Of a stretch of 52,445 nt of DNA, positions 1 to 8,950 are shown piece after piece. Source of the stretch: Candidatus Limnocylindrales bacterium. Its GTDB lineage: Bacteria > Chloroflexota > Limnocylindria > Limnocylindrales > CSP1-4. Location of the stretch: positions 1 to 52,445 of the forward strand of contig JBDSZH010000050.1 of assembly GCA_039925225.1 (NCBI GenBank). The letters are read 5' to 3'. The notes under the pieces were generated by a model that was not told where the DNA came from, searched no databases, and saw only the letters and a list, made by a program, of their open reading frames with translations. Both the position numbers and the translations under genes were made by a program. The first letter of the stretch is position 1. The number at the start of each line of letters is the position of its first letter.

Positions 1-38
1 CTGGATCGACCGAATCCTTGGTCGCAGCTGACGCAGGC

Positions 39-44
39 TACCCT
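39..44 (+). promoter_or_regulatory. -10-like hexamer TACCCT 7 nt upstream of the galE ATG (leaderless layout)
   Basis: Read directly: 'gcTACCCTtccggccATG'. The same TANNNT + 6-7 nt + start layout recurs at 10 other genes in the window. Confidence 0.4.
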
Positions 45-51
45 TCCGGCC

Positions 52-1020
52 ATGCGCATCCTGGTCACCGGCGGCGCCGGCTATGTCGGCTCCGTTTCAG
101 TCGAGCATCTCATCGATTCCGGGCATGAGGTCGTCGTGCTGGACAACGGTGTGTCGGACAACCCGGCGGCGGATCTGGTCGGTTCCGCGATCGTCCGCGG
201 GAGCTACGGCGACCGACCGCTGGTGAGGGACCTTCTGGCAACCCACGGCATCGACGCGGTCCTGCATACGGCGGCGCGCTCGCTCGTGGGCGAATCCATG
301 CGTGAGCCCGCGCTGTACTACGGCGAGAACGTGGCCGGCGGGATCGCGCTCCTCGACGCGATGCGCGACGCGGGCGTCGTCCGGCTCGTGATCTCCTCGA
401 CCGCGTCCGTGTACGGCGAGCCGGAATCGAGCCCCGTGCGCGAGGATGCCCCGCTCCGTCCGATCAACGTCTACGGCGAGACGAAGCGCTCCTTCGAGGC
501 CGCGGCGGGCTGGTACGGGCGGGCGTATGGCCTGCGCGCCGCTGCGCTGCGCTATTTCAACGTCGCAGGTGCGAGCGAGCGCAACGGCGAGGTACACGAC
601 CCGGAGACGCACCTGATCCCGAACATCATCAAGGCCGTTCGCGGAGGTGCACCGCTGAACGTGTGGGGCGACGACTACCCGACCCCTGATGGCACGCCGA
701 TCCGCGACTACCTGCACGTCCGTGATCTCGCCGCGGCCCATCGGCTCGCGCTCGAGGCGACCGCACCCGGCGACCAGCGGACCGACGCGATGCTGACCTG
801 CAACCTGGGCAGCGGCCGCGGCTTCAGCGTGCGCGAGGTCATTGCGGCCGCCGAGCGCGTGATCGGGCGGCCGATCCCACGGATCGAGGGCCCACGCCGC
901 GCAGGCGACCCGCCGCAACTCGTCGCCGCAATCGAGCGCGCGCGCGACGTGCTGGGCTGGGCGCCGGAACGCTCGACCCTGGACGAGATGATCGGCTCCG
1001 CCTGGGCCCTCCGCGCCTGA
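52..1020 (+). CDS. galE: UDP-glucose 4-epimerase
   Basis: 322-aa ORF. N-terminal Rossmann motif 'ILVTGGAGYVGS', catalytic 'YGETK' (YxxxK), and length typical of GalE. Confidence 0.9.
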   Translation: MRILVTGGAGYVGSVSVEHLIDSGHEVVVLDNGVSDNPAADLVGSAIVRGSYGDRPLVRDLLATHGIDAVLHTAARSLVGESMREPALYYGENVAGGIALLDAMRDAGVVRLVISSTASVYGEPESSPVREDAPLRPINVYGETKRSFEAAAGWYGRAYGLRAAALRYFNVAGASERNGEVHDPETHLIPNIIKAVRGGAPLNVWGDDYPTPDGTPIRDYLHVRDLAAAHRLALEATAPGDQRTDAMLTCNLGSGRGFSVREVIAAAERVIGRPIPRIEGPRRAGDPPQLVAAIERARDVLGWAPERSTLDEMIGSAWALRA

Positions 1021-1251
1021 TCCCCGCGTCCAATCGCCCGCCCAGCGGGCGAACCGGCGAAGGAGCGGCCCTTTTGCACCCACGCGGCACATTCCGCTGC
1101 GGTTTTGGGCCCACCCAAGTTGGAGAACAGCGGAGATCGGGCGTCGTTGCGGATCGCGGGGATCGGTTGGGCCGATTTGCTGATCCTTCTTCGTCGTAGC
1201 GCCCGCTGAGCGGGTCCAGGCGGGCCGGCGGGACACCCGGACGTCGAGCGC

Positions 1252-1290
1252 GAGCCGGAGCCCGAGCCGGAACCGGAGCCCGAGCCGGAT
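1252..1290. repeat. Tandem GAGCCN hexamer repeat (18-bp unit 'ccggagcccgagccggaa' about x2) in a convergent intergenic region
   Basis: Read directly: 'gagccggagcccgagccggaaccggagcccgagccggat'. No ORF with a start codon spans it. Confidence 0.6.
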
Positions 1291-1312
1291 TCGGCGTGGG
1301 AGCCAAGCTTCG

Positions 1313-2707
1313 TTAGAAGCGCGCCTCGCTCGGCATATCCGCGGCGGGCATGAGGTGCTCCGGCGGCGAACGAACGCCGCCTTCGTCCCCCGACTCGACC
1401 GTGTGATCGGGAACGCCACGAAGCAGTGCCATCCCGATCAGCATCAGGATGAGGAAGCTCAGGATTCCGACCTGGTACGCGCCGTCGCCCCAGCCCGCGT
1501 TGAGCAGGACCGACACGATTGTCCCGTACAGGATCGGGCCAGTCACGGCGCTGAATTTGCCCGCGAGGCCGTACAGCCCGAAGAACTCGCCGATCTTGTC
1601 GGCCGGTGACAGTCGGAGCATCAACACCCGGTCCGAGGTCCAGACGCCGCCAAGCCCGGAGCCGAGCAGCACGCCGGCGATGAGGAAGGTCGGCTTCGAG
1701 AGGACCGAGCCCGCGATGATCAGGCCGACGGCCCAGCTCGCGAGGACGATCATCAGGGTTCGCTTAGGTCCGATCCGTTCCACGAGCACGCCCCAGCCGA
1801 AGCTCGCGAAAACCGCGGCCACGGTGAGCAGCAGGAGCACGATGTTTGCCTCGCCGCGGGTGAAGCCGATCGCCTCAGTCATGAACACCGTCATGATCAC
1901 GATCACCGTGTTGACGGGGTCGGTGTAGAAGAAACGAGCCACGAGAAACCGCAGCATCCCCGGGACCTTGCGCGCGTCGGCGATCGTGGTCCGGAGCTGG
2001 CCCCACGATGCCAGCGCGTCGCCGACCCGGAAGCGATAGCCGCTCGCGGCAGGTTCGCGCACGATCAGGAAGATCGGGATCGCGAACAGGGCGAAAAGCA
2101 CCGCGGCCATCAAGAAGGTCAACGGCGTCGCGCCGCTGTCGGTGATCAGGATCAGGAGCGCGATGAGGATGGTGCCGAGGTAGCCCACCGCCACCCCGAT
2201 CCCGGAGACGCGCCCGCGACTGGTGGGCTTCGAAACCACGGGCAACGTGGCGTCGTAGTAGATCAGCGCCGCCTGATAGGAGAAGTTCGCGAGCGTGAAC
2301 AGCAGGAGGCCGATGATCGTCAGCCCGGACGCACCAGCCGGCAGCAGCCCGATTGCTGCCGTCGCGACGACGCATTGGGCCGTGAAGAACAGCAGGTACG
2401 GCAGGCGCCGGCCCCCGCGATCGGACATGGCTCCGAGCACCGGCGAGACCAGCGCGTTGAGTCCCACGGACGCGGCGTTCGCGATCCCGAACCAGAACTG
2501 ACCATCCGCGGGCCCGAGTCGGTCGACGACCCACAGGCCCATCGCGTACGAAACGATGGCGTAGCTGTAGATCGTGTTCGCGAAGTCGTACAGCGCCCAG
2601 GCCACGGGAACGCCGGCGCGGCCGGACGGCGTTAACCCGGCGAGACGCTCGATGAGGCGCAGTCCGCGCCCTGAGCCGGTAACCGCGGCGGTGCTCGTCA
2701 CTGGCAA
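1313..2707 (-). CDS. MFS transporter, UMF1 (Atg22-like) family
   Basis: 464-aa polytopic ORF. The N-terminal 'WALYDFANTIYSYAIVSYAM' is typical of UMF1-type MFS proteins. About 12 hydrophobic segments. Confidence 0.75.
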   Translation of the reverse strand: MPVTSTAAVTGSGRGLRLIERLAGLTPSGRAGVPVAWALYDFANTIYSYAIVSYAMGLWVVDRLGPADGQFWFGIANAASVGLNALVSPVLGAMSDRGGRRLPYLLFFTAQCVVATAAIGLLPAGASGLTIIGLLLFTLANFSYQAALIYYDATLPVVSKPTSRGRVSGIGVAVGYLGTILIALLILITDSGATPLTFLMAAVLFALFAIPIFLIVREPAASGYRFRVGDALASWGQLRTTIADARKVPGMLRFLVARFFYTDPVNTVIVIMTVFMTEAIGFTRGEANIVLLLLTVAAVFASFGWGVLVERIGPKRTLMIVLASWAVGLIIAGSVLSKPTFLIAGVLLGSGLGGVWTSDRVLMLRLSPADKIGEFFGLYGLAGKFSAVTGPILYGTIVSVLLNAGWGDGAYQVGILSFLILMLIGMALLRGVPDHTVESGDEGGVRSPPEHLMPAADMPSEARF

Positions 2708-2769
2708 CCCTCCGCGCCGATGATAAGCGGGCCGATGGGCGCGAATCGGGCTGCGGCGCGCATCGGTGG

Positions 2770-2775
2770 TACGGT
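2770..2775 (+). promoter_or_regulatory. -10-like hexamer TACGGT 6 nt upstream of a GTG start
   Basis: 'ggTACGGTgagccgGTG'. Confidence 0.35.
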
Positions 2776-2781
2776 GAGCCG

Positions 2782-4146
2782 GTGCCTCAGCCTGTGCTGA
2801 CGCCGGCCATCCGAGAAGCGATCGCCCGCCTGGAGCGGGCGGACATCATGGTCGGCATCCCGAGCTTCAAGAACGCGACGACCATCGGCTATGTCGTGCG
2901 CGCGGCTCAGGCTGGCCTCGTCCAGTACTTCCCGGATCTGCGACCCGTCGTGGTCAACTCGGACGCCGGCTCGCCGGACGGCACGCAAAGGGTTGTCGTC
3001 GACACCGAGCCGCCGGACTACGTCGAGCGGATCCTGCTCGTCCGCCCGACCAACAAGCTGGCCCGCGTCTCGCTGACCTACCCGGAGATCGACGGTACCG
3101 GCGGCAAGGGTGCCGCGCTCCGCACGATCTTCGAGATCGCCGCGGCGCTGGAGGTCCAGGCGCTGGTCGTCGTGGACTCGGACCTGCGGAGCATCGGGCC
3201 CGAGTGGATCGAGCTCCTCGCCGGCCCGATCCTGAAGGGCGGCTATGACTACGTCGCGCCGCTGTACGCGCGCCACAAGCACGACGGCACGATCACGAAC
3301 AACGTCACGTACCCGCTCACGCGCGCGCTGTACGGATTGCGCATCCGGCAGCCCATCGGCGGCGACTTCGGGGTGTCCGGCGACCTCGTCCGGCATTACC
3401 TCGAGGCGGGCTACTGGACGTCCGAGGTCTCAAAGTTCGGGATCGACGTGTGGATGACCACGCACGCCCTCACCGGCGGCTTCGCGATCTGCCAGGCGCG
3501 ACTCGGCGCAAAGGTCCACGACCCCAAGGACCCCGGCGCAGATCTGGGCCCGATGTTCCGCCAGGTCGTGACCACGATCCTGCGAATGGCCGTGGCGAAC
3601 GCCGATCGCTGGCGCCAGGTCAAGGGCAGCCACGACGTCCCGGCCTACGGCTTCGAACGGCTCGCAGACCCCCCGCCGCTCGACGTGAACGTGCTCAGGC
3701 TGTTGTCCGAGTTCAACGAGGCGGCGCTGACGATGAGCACCACCTGGAGCGAAATGCTGCCCGATGACACTGCGGCGGCCGTGCAGGGTCTCGCCGACGA
3801 GGCGGGGACCGCGGCGGACGCCGTCCGTACCGCGCTGGACCTGGGTGCGCCCGGCCAGGAACGAGCCGCTACCGCCGCGATGGCAGACGCCGCCGCGGGC
3901 TTCGGATTCCCGGATGCCGTCTGGGCCCGCGTGGTCTTCGATCTCGTGATTGCCGCCCGCGACCACCCCGACCGTCTCGAATCGTTCGTGGCTGCACTCG
4001 TGCCCGTCTACTTCGGACGAGTGGCGAGCTCGGTCATCGAGAACCGGTACCTGTCCACCGAGCGTGCCGAGGAGAGCGTGGAGCGGCAGGCGCGCGAATT
4101 CGAACGCCTGAAGCCGTATCTCGTCAATCGATGGGCGAAGGCATGA
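2782..4146 (+). CDS. GT-A fold glycosyltransferase-like protein (function unassigned)
   Basis: 454-aa ORF with 'VGIPSFKNATTIGYVV' near the N-terminus and a DXD-like 'LVVVDSDLRS'. Its 3' end overlaps the downstream gpgS-like gene by 16 nt, so the two look operonic. Confidence 0.6.
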   Translation: MPQPVLTPAIREAIARLERADIMVGIPSFKNATTIGYVVRAAQAGLVQYFPDLRPVVVNSDAGSPDGTQRVVVDTEPPDYVERILLVRPTNKLARVSLTYPEIDGTGGKGAALRTIFEIAAALEVQALVVVDSDLRSIGPEWIELLAGPILKGGYDYVAPLYARHKHDGTITNNVTYPLTRALYGLRIRQPIGGDFGVSGDLVRHYLEAGYWTSEVSKFGIDVWMTTHALTGGFAICQARLGAKVHDPKDPGADLGPMFRQVVTTILRMAVANADRWRQVKGSHDVPAYGFERLADPPPLDVNVLRLLSEFNEAALTMSTTWSEMLPDDTAAAVQGLADEAGTAADAVRTALDLGAPGQERAATAAMADAAAGFGFPDAVWARVVFDLVIAARDHPDRLESFVAALVPVYFGRVASSVIENRYLSTERAEESVERQAREFERLKPYLVNRWAKA

Positions 4147-6065
4147 CCGAGCAGCCGCTGCCCGTTCGAATCGTCATCCCGGTCGCCAACCCGGCTACCG
4201 CAGAGGAGCTGATCCGGCTCGGTGCGGACCTGCTGGATCCGCGCGGCGGCGAGCTAACCGCACTGGGCATCGTCGAGGTGCCCGAGGGTATGCCCCTGTC
4301 CGAGGGCGCAACGCGCGCGCGGCATGCGCGGCGGCTGCTCCAGCGCGTCCTCGACTTCGTGCCCGAAGGCACGCACATCCACCCGCTCGTCCGTATCGGG
4401 CGACACGCCGCGGAGGGCATCCTCGAAGCCGCCGCGGAGCTCGAGGCGGACCTCATCGTGTTCGGCTGGGGCGGCAAGTCGCCGGCCGGGCGCGACGCGG
4501 TCACGAGTCCGTTCTCCGCGACGATCGACGAAGTGCTGCGCGAGTCACCGTGCGACATCGCGGTGGTGAAGCAGCGCGGCGTGCGCGACCTCAAGCGCGT
4601 CGTCGTTCCGGTTCGGGGCGGGCCGCACGCAGAACTGGCGCTGAGGGTCGCGAGCGTGATCGCGAGGCGCCACGAAGCCGAGCTCGTCGTGCTCCACGTC
4701 GTGATGCCCGGGATCACTTCGGCCGTGCGTGCCCAGGCTGAGCGCGCCCTGACCGCATTCGTCCGCCAGCACGTGAACGGCCCCGTGGAGATGCTCGTAC
4801 GCGAGGCCTCCAACGTGCGTGCCGCCATCCTGCGCGAAGCAGACCACTCGGACATCGTCGTGATGGGCGCGGCCGTACCGACCGCCGTGAACGGCAACAC
4901 CCACGTGTTCGGCGCAATGCCGGAAGCGATCGCCATGCGCTCGAAGACCACGGTCGTCGTCGTCAAGACGCGCGAGACCATCGGGCGCCAGACCTTCGAG
5001 CAGCTCGCCACGAAGGCTGAATCGCTTATCGCCGCCGACCGCGCCGCTGAGGAATCACGCGCCGTTCCAGCCAGGGTGGAGCGCTGGTTCGGCGAGTCGA
5101 ACTTCCATCACGGCGAGTTCGCGGACCTCCGCCGGCTGGTGCAGCTCAAAGAGAAGCAGGGCCTGACCGTGAGCCTCGTGCTACCGACGCTCAACGAGGC
5201 GGACACGATCGGCCCGATCGTCCGGCGTGCGATTCGCGAGATGGTCGGCCGGGTGCCGCTGCTGGACGAGGTCCTCGTGATGGATTCGGCATCGACGGAC
5301 CGGACTCGTGAGATCGCCGAGGCGGAGGGCGCCCGAGTCGTCCAGCACCCGGATGTGCTGAGTCGATACGGCACCTTCCACGGCAAGGGCGAGTCGCTCT
5401 GGAAGTCGATGTACGAGACCAGTGGCGACATCATCGTGTGGGCGGACACGGACGTGCGGAACTGGCACCCCCGCATGGTCTACGGCACGCTCGGGCCACT
5501 CCTGCATGAGGCGCGGCTGCAGTACGTCAAAGGCTACTACCAGCGCCCGATCGTGCAGGGCGGCGTCCTTCGCGAGGGCGGCGGCGGCCGGGTCACCGAG
5601 CTCGTCGCCCGGCCGCTGATCAACCTGTTCTTCCCCGAGCTGTCCGGCTTCATCCAGCCGTTGTCCGGGGAATATGCCGGGCGGCGGTCGCTGCTCGAGC
5701 AGATCCCTTTCTTCACCGGGTATGCGGTCGAGATCGGGCACCTCATCGACGTCGCCGAGCGGGCCGGGCTCGACGGGCTCGGCCAGGTCGACCTGGAGCG
5801 ACGTGTGCATCGAAACCAGGAGCTCGAGGGCCTGTCGCGGATGAGCTTCGTGATCCTCCAGGCGGTCATGAAGCGGATCGAAGAGCGGCGCAAGGCACGG
5901 CTCTTTGCCGAGCTCGGATCCACGATGAAGCTGCCACGTTCCGGGCGGGGCCGCCTCTCGCTGGAAGTCATCGAGCTGGCCGACATGGAGCGACCACCGA
6001 TGGTCCGCATCCCCGAGTACCTCGAGCGCCGCGCGCGCACAGTCGCGGACCTGCTCACCGACTGA
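4131..6065 (+). CDS. gpgS: Fusion protein: two universal stress protein (USP) modules + glucosyl-3-phosphoglycerate synthase (GT81)
   Basis: Residues ~10-290 form two USP-like repeats ('EADLIVFGWGG', 'HSDIVVMGA'). Residues ~340-644 carry the GpgS-type core ('LVLPTLNEADTIGPIV', 'VMDSASTDRTREIA', 'GKGESLWKS', 'WADTDV'). Confidence 0.8.
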   Translation: MGEGMTEQPLPVRIVIPVANPATAEELIRLGADLLDPRGGELTALGIVEVPEGMPLSEGATRARHARRLLQRVLDFVPEGTHIHPLVRIGRHAAEGILEAAAELEADLIVFGWGGKSPAGRDAVTSPFSATIDEVLRESPCDIAVVKQRGVRDLKRVVVPVRGGPHAELALRVASVIARRHEAELVVLHVVMPGITSAVRAQAERALTAFVRQHVNGPVEMLVREASNVRAAILREADHSDIVVMGAAVPTAVNGNTHVFGAMPEAIAMRSKTTVVVVKTRETIGRQTFEQLATKAESLIAADRAAEESRAVPARVERWFGESNFHHGEFADLRRLVQLKEKQGLTVSLVLPTLNEADTIGPIVRRAIREMVGRVPLLDEVLVMDSASTDRTREIAEAEGARVVQHPDVLSRYGTFHGKGESLWKSMYETSGDIIVWADTDVRNWHPRMVYGTLGPLLHEARLQYVKGYYQRPIVQGGVLREGGGGRVTELVARPLINLFFPELSGFIQPLSGEYAGRRSLLEQIPFFTGYAVEIGHLIDVAERAGLDGLGQVDLERRVHRNQELEGLSRMSFVILQAVMKRIEERRKARLFAELGSTMKLPRSGRGRLSLEVIELADMERPPMVRIPEYLERRARTVADLLTD

Positions 6066-6322
6066 GGCCGCTGCCGCCCGCCCGCGTGTCGCGCCGCTGC
6101 CGTGGTCGACTTCCGGCTGGCGGTGGATTCGAGATGGTTCCAACGAAGCGAAACCACTTGCCTCGATGCGCACATTTGGGCCGCGGGCGGGAACTTTTGC
6201 GCTGCCTCCACGTTGGTTCCGCTTGATCGGAACCCACTCAATTTGGGCGCAAAAGGCGACCGGCGCCCGCCGCACGAGCACGAATCCGACAACCGCGGGC
6301 ATTCGTGCAACGATTCCGGACG

Positions 6323-7444
6323 ATGCGCGTCGTCATCGCTCCAGACTCGTTCAAAGGTTCGCTGACCTCGATCGAGGTTGCCACAGCGCTCGCGACTGGG
6401 TGGCTCGCCGCGCGCCCGGAGGATGAGGTCCTCCTCGCGCCGCTCGCGGACGGCGGGGAGGGCACCCTGGTCGCGATCGCGGCCGCGGGCGGGTGGGAGT
6501 GGCATACCACGCCCTCCACGGATCCGATCGGGCGACCGGTGGAAGCGCGCTGGCTCCGATCCGCCGACGGCACCCGCGCGGTCGTCGAGCTTGCCGAGGC
6601 GTCGGGGCTCTCGAGGCTCACCGTCGCCGAGCGCGATCCGATTCGGGCATCCACCTTCGGGACGGGCACCGTGTTGCTGCGGGTGATGAATGACTCGGCG
6701 ATCCAATCCATCACGCTCGGCATCGGCGGTAGCGCAACAACCGATGGCGGCGCTGGAATACTCAAGGCACTGGGCGGCTGGGGTCCCGACGGCGAAGTCG
6801 ACCTGAGCGGTGGTCTCGACCAGTGCCTCGCGGAGATCGACCTGCGGATTGCCTGCGATGTCTCGAATCCGCTCCTCGGACCAACTGGGGCGGCCGCGAC
6901 GTACGGGCCGCAGAAGGGTGCGACGCCGCCACAGGTCGCGGAGCTCGACGCCAGGCTCACGCGCTACGCCGACTCCATCCGAGCCGCAACAGGCCGCGAC
7001 GAGCGGGAGACGCCGGGGGCTGGTGCAGCCGGCGGGACCGCTTTCGGGCTGCTCTCGATCGCCAGGCACTTCCGGTCGCTTCGACTTGTCCCCGGCGTCG
7101 AGGTCGTGATGGAGGAAACGGGGCTACGCGAGAAGCTCGCGGGTGCCGATCTCGTGATCACCGGTGAAGGGCGAATCGACGCCCAGACCGCATTCGGGAA
7201 GACGGCGCTCGGCGTGGCACAGCTCGCACACCGTGTCCGCGTCGCGTGCATAGCGGTCGGTGGCGGGGTCGAGCCCGGTGGTATCGAGGCCCTCAGACCC
7301 GTCGGCGCGGTCGTCGTGCCGATCGTCGAACGACCGCAAACGGTCGAGGAGGCCATGGCGGCCGGCATCGAGCCGGTCGTCCGCTGCGGCGAGCGGCTGG
7401 CTCGGCTGGTGTCGCTGGGCAACTTGACTAAGTCCATCGACTAA
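6323..7444 (+). CDS. Glycerate kinase
   Basis: 'MRVVIAPDSFKGSLTS' is the canonical glycerate kinase N-terminus, and 'ITGEGRIDAQTAFGK' lies near the C-terminus. The ORF track starts at GTG 6305; ATG 6323 gives the conserved N-terminus. Confidence 0.85.
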   Translation: MRVVIAPDSFKGSLTSIEVATALATGWLAARPEDEVLLAPLADGGEGTLVAIAAAGGWEWHTTPSTDPIGRPVEARWLRSADGTRAVVELAEASGLSRLTVAERDPIRASTFGTGTVLLRVMNDSAIQSITLGIGGSATTDGGAGILKALGGWGPDGEVDLSGGLDQCLAEIDLRIACDVSNPLLGPTGAAATYGPQKGATPPQVAELDARLTRYADSIRAATGRDERETPGAGAAGGTAFGLLSIARHFRSLRLVPGVEVVMEETGLREKLAGADLVITGEGRIDAQTAFGKTALGVAQLAHRVRVACIAVGGGVEPGGIEALRPVGAVVVPIVERPQTVEEAMAAGIEPVVRCGERLARLVSLGNLTKSID

Positions 7445-7458
7445 GGCACGATCCAGCC

Positions 7459-7722
7459 ATGGAAAAGGTGGTCAACATTCACGAGGCGAAGACGAACTTC
7501 TCCCGCCTCATCGAGCGGGTGCGGGCCGGCGAACGAGTCGTGATCGCGAAGGCAGGGCGCCCGGTCGCGGTCCTGTCACGATACGAAGGGCGTCCCCCGC
7601 GTCGGGTACCGGGCATGGACCGGGGGCGCGTCGTGATCCATGCGAACTTCGACGATCCGGTCCCGGAGTGGGATCCGGACAACATGCACCCGGACGATCC
7701 GCTGCGCGGGCTGGTTGGATGA
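7459..7722 (+). CDS. Type II antitoxin, Phd/YefM-like
   Basis: 87 aa. 'IHEAKTNFSRLIERVRAGERVVIAKAGRPVAVL' is the typical antitoxin N-domain. Its stop overlaps the toxin start (ATGA at 7719-7722). Confidence 0.8.
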   Translation: MEKVVNIHEAKTNFSRLIERVRAGERVVIAKAGRPVAVLSRYEGRPPRRVPGMDRGRVVIHANFDDPVPEWDPDNMHPDDPLRGLVG

Positions 7723-8105
7723 AGGTCCTGATCGACTCGCACGTGTTTCTGTGGTGGGTTCTTGAGGAGCCGCGGCTGACGCCGGCCATGCGCGAGATCA
7801 TTTCGGATGGCGGCAATGAGATCTTGTTCAGCGCCGCAAGCGCGTACGAGCTCGCCTACAAGGCGGCAGACGGACGATTGACGCTGCCGGAGGATGCCCA
7901 GTCCTATATCACCGATCGACTTGACGCCAATGGCTTTGATCCGTTGCCGGTCGACATTGGCCACGCGCTGACGGCCGCACTGCTGCCGCGCATCCATCGC
8001 GATCCGTTCGACCGCCTCTTGGTGGCCCAGGCCCAGCGTGAGGGCATTCCCATCCTGACGGCGGATCCCGTGATCGCTCGGTACGACGTCGAAACCATCT
8101 CGTGA
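7719..8105 (+). CDS. vapC: PIN-domain toxin (VapC-type ribonuclease)
   Basis: 'MKVLIDSHVFLWW...', 'FSAASAYELAYK', 'DPFDRLLVAQA...PILTAD' are acidic PIN signatures. The internal ATG at 7719 was chosen over the ORF-track start 7668 because of the ATGA coupling. Confidence 0.85.
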   Translation: MKVLIDSHVFLWWVLEEPRLTPAMREIISDGGNEILFSAASAYELAYKAADGRLTLPEDAQSYITDRLDANGFDPLPVDIGHALTAALLPRIHRDPFDRLLVAQAQREGIPILTADPVIARYDVETIS

Positions 8106-8929
8106 GCGAGGGCACGCCGCGCTCTCGCTCGCCTGCGCGGAGGCGGCACAAGCCGAACCCGTACCTCGCCTGGGCGAAGCGCCTCGAGCGGACGCGGCCC
8201 GGGCTCGTCCGGTTCACCCTCGACGGCCTGGCATCGGTGTACGGGCACCCCCCGTATGCGCGGCGCTGGGATCCCACCTCGGAGCTGATCCTCACGATCC
8301 TCACCCAGAACAGCGCGGACGTGAACGCCGAGTACGCGTTCATCGAGCTCCGAAAGGCGTACCCGTCGAATCGACCGGAGGAGCACCACGAGCCCGGGGC
8401 CGGCTGGGGCGGCGACGGCCTGCCGGATGGCGTGCCGCCGGACTGGGCGCTGGTCGACATGGCGCCGCTCGAGGAGCTGGTGGAGGTCATCCGTCCCGGC
8501 GGACTGCCGAACGGCAAGGCCCGCGGGATCAAGGCGGCGCTCCGGGCGATCCATGAGACGCGCGGCGACTACTCCCTCGAATTCCTCGGCGACATGCCCG
8601 CGCTCAAGGCGCGTACGTGGCTGACGAACATCAAGGGCATCGGCGTGAAGACGGCATCTGTGGTGCTGCTGTTCTCGTTCGGGATGCCGCTGATGCCCGT
8701 CGACCGCCACGTCGAACGTGTCGCCTCTCGGGTGGGCTTGCTGCCGAAGAAGGCGACCGCCGACCAGGCACACGACTACATGCTCGCGATGCTCCAGCCC
8801 GACGAGGTGCACGCCGCGCACGTGAACCTGATCCAGCACGGGCGGCTGATCTGCCACGCCCGGAACCCGGCGCACGAGCTGTGCCCCCTTCGCGCCCGCT
8901 GCCGCTTCGTGGACCTCAGGGCACCCTAG
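8102..8929 (+). CDS. HhH-GPD base-excision DNA glycosylase (endonuclease III-like)
   Basis: 'LTNIKGIGVKTASVVLLFSFGMPLMPVDRHVERV' is a helix-hairpin-helix/GPD motif with a C-terminal Cys cluster 'CHARNPAHELCPLRARC'. The GTG start overlaps the vapC stop (GTGA). Confidence 0.8.
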   Translation: MSEGTPRSRSPARRRHKPNPYLAWAKRLERTRPGLVRFTLDGLASVYGHPPYARRWDPTSELILTILTQNSADVNAEYAFIELRKAYPSNRPEEHHEPGAGWGGDGLPDGVPPDWALVDMAPLEELVEVIRPGGLPNGKARGIKAALRAIHETRGDYSLEFLGDMPALKARTWLTNIKGIGVKTASVVLLFSFGMPLMPVDRHVERVASRVGLLPKKATADQAHDYMLAMLQPDEVHAAHVNLIQHGRLICHARNPAHELCPLRARCRFVDLRAP

Positions 8930-8938
8930 GCCCGCGTG

Positions 8939-8944
8939 TATCCT
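8939..8944 (+). promoter_or_regulatory. -10-like hexamer TATCCT 6 nt upstream of ATG 8951
   Basis: 'gTATCCTccggccATG'. This supports 8951 rather than 8936 as the response-regulator start. Confidence 0.4.
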
Positions 8945-8950
8945 CCGGCC

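Noticed and set aside
1210-1350. A possible small ORF encoding an (EP)6 peptide across the hexamer repeat.
   Set aside because: The frame is open for only about 47 codons, has no ATG/GTG/TTG start upstream of the repeat, and has no RBS or promoter-like element.
97-1419. Long antisense or out-of-frame ORFs opposite real genes. Examples: 97..1419, 5537..7069, 7904..9298, 9646..11256, 12547..13788, 13716..15566, 20943..22793, 21835..24162 and 48118..49809.
   Set aside because: Their translations are Arg/Pro/Gly/Ala-rich low-complexity strings with no recognisable motifs. Each overlaps a gene with clear family signatures. Long stop-free antisense frames are expected in very GC-rich DNA.
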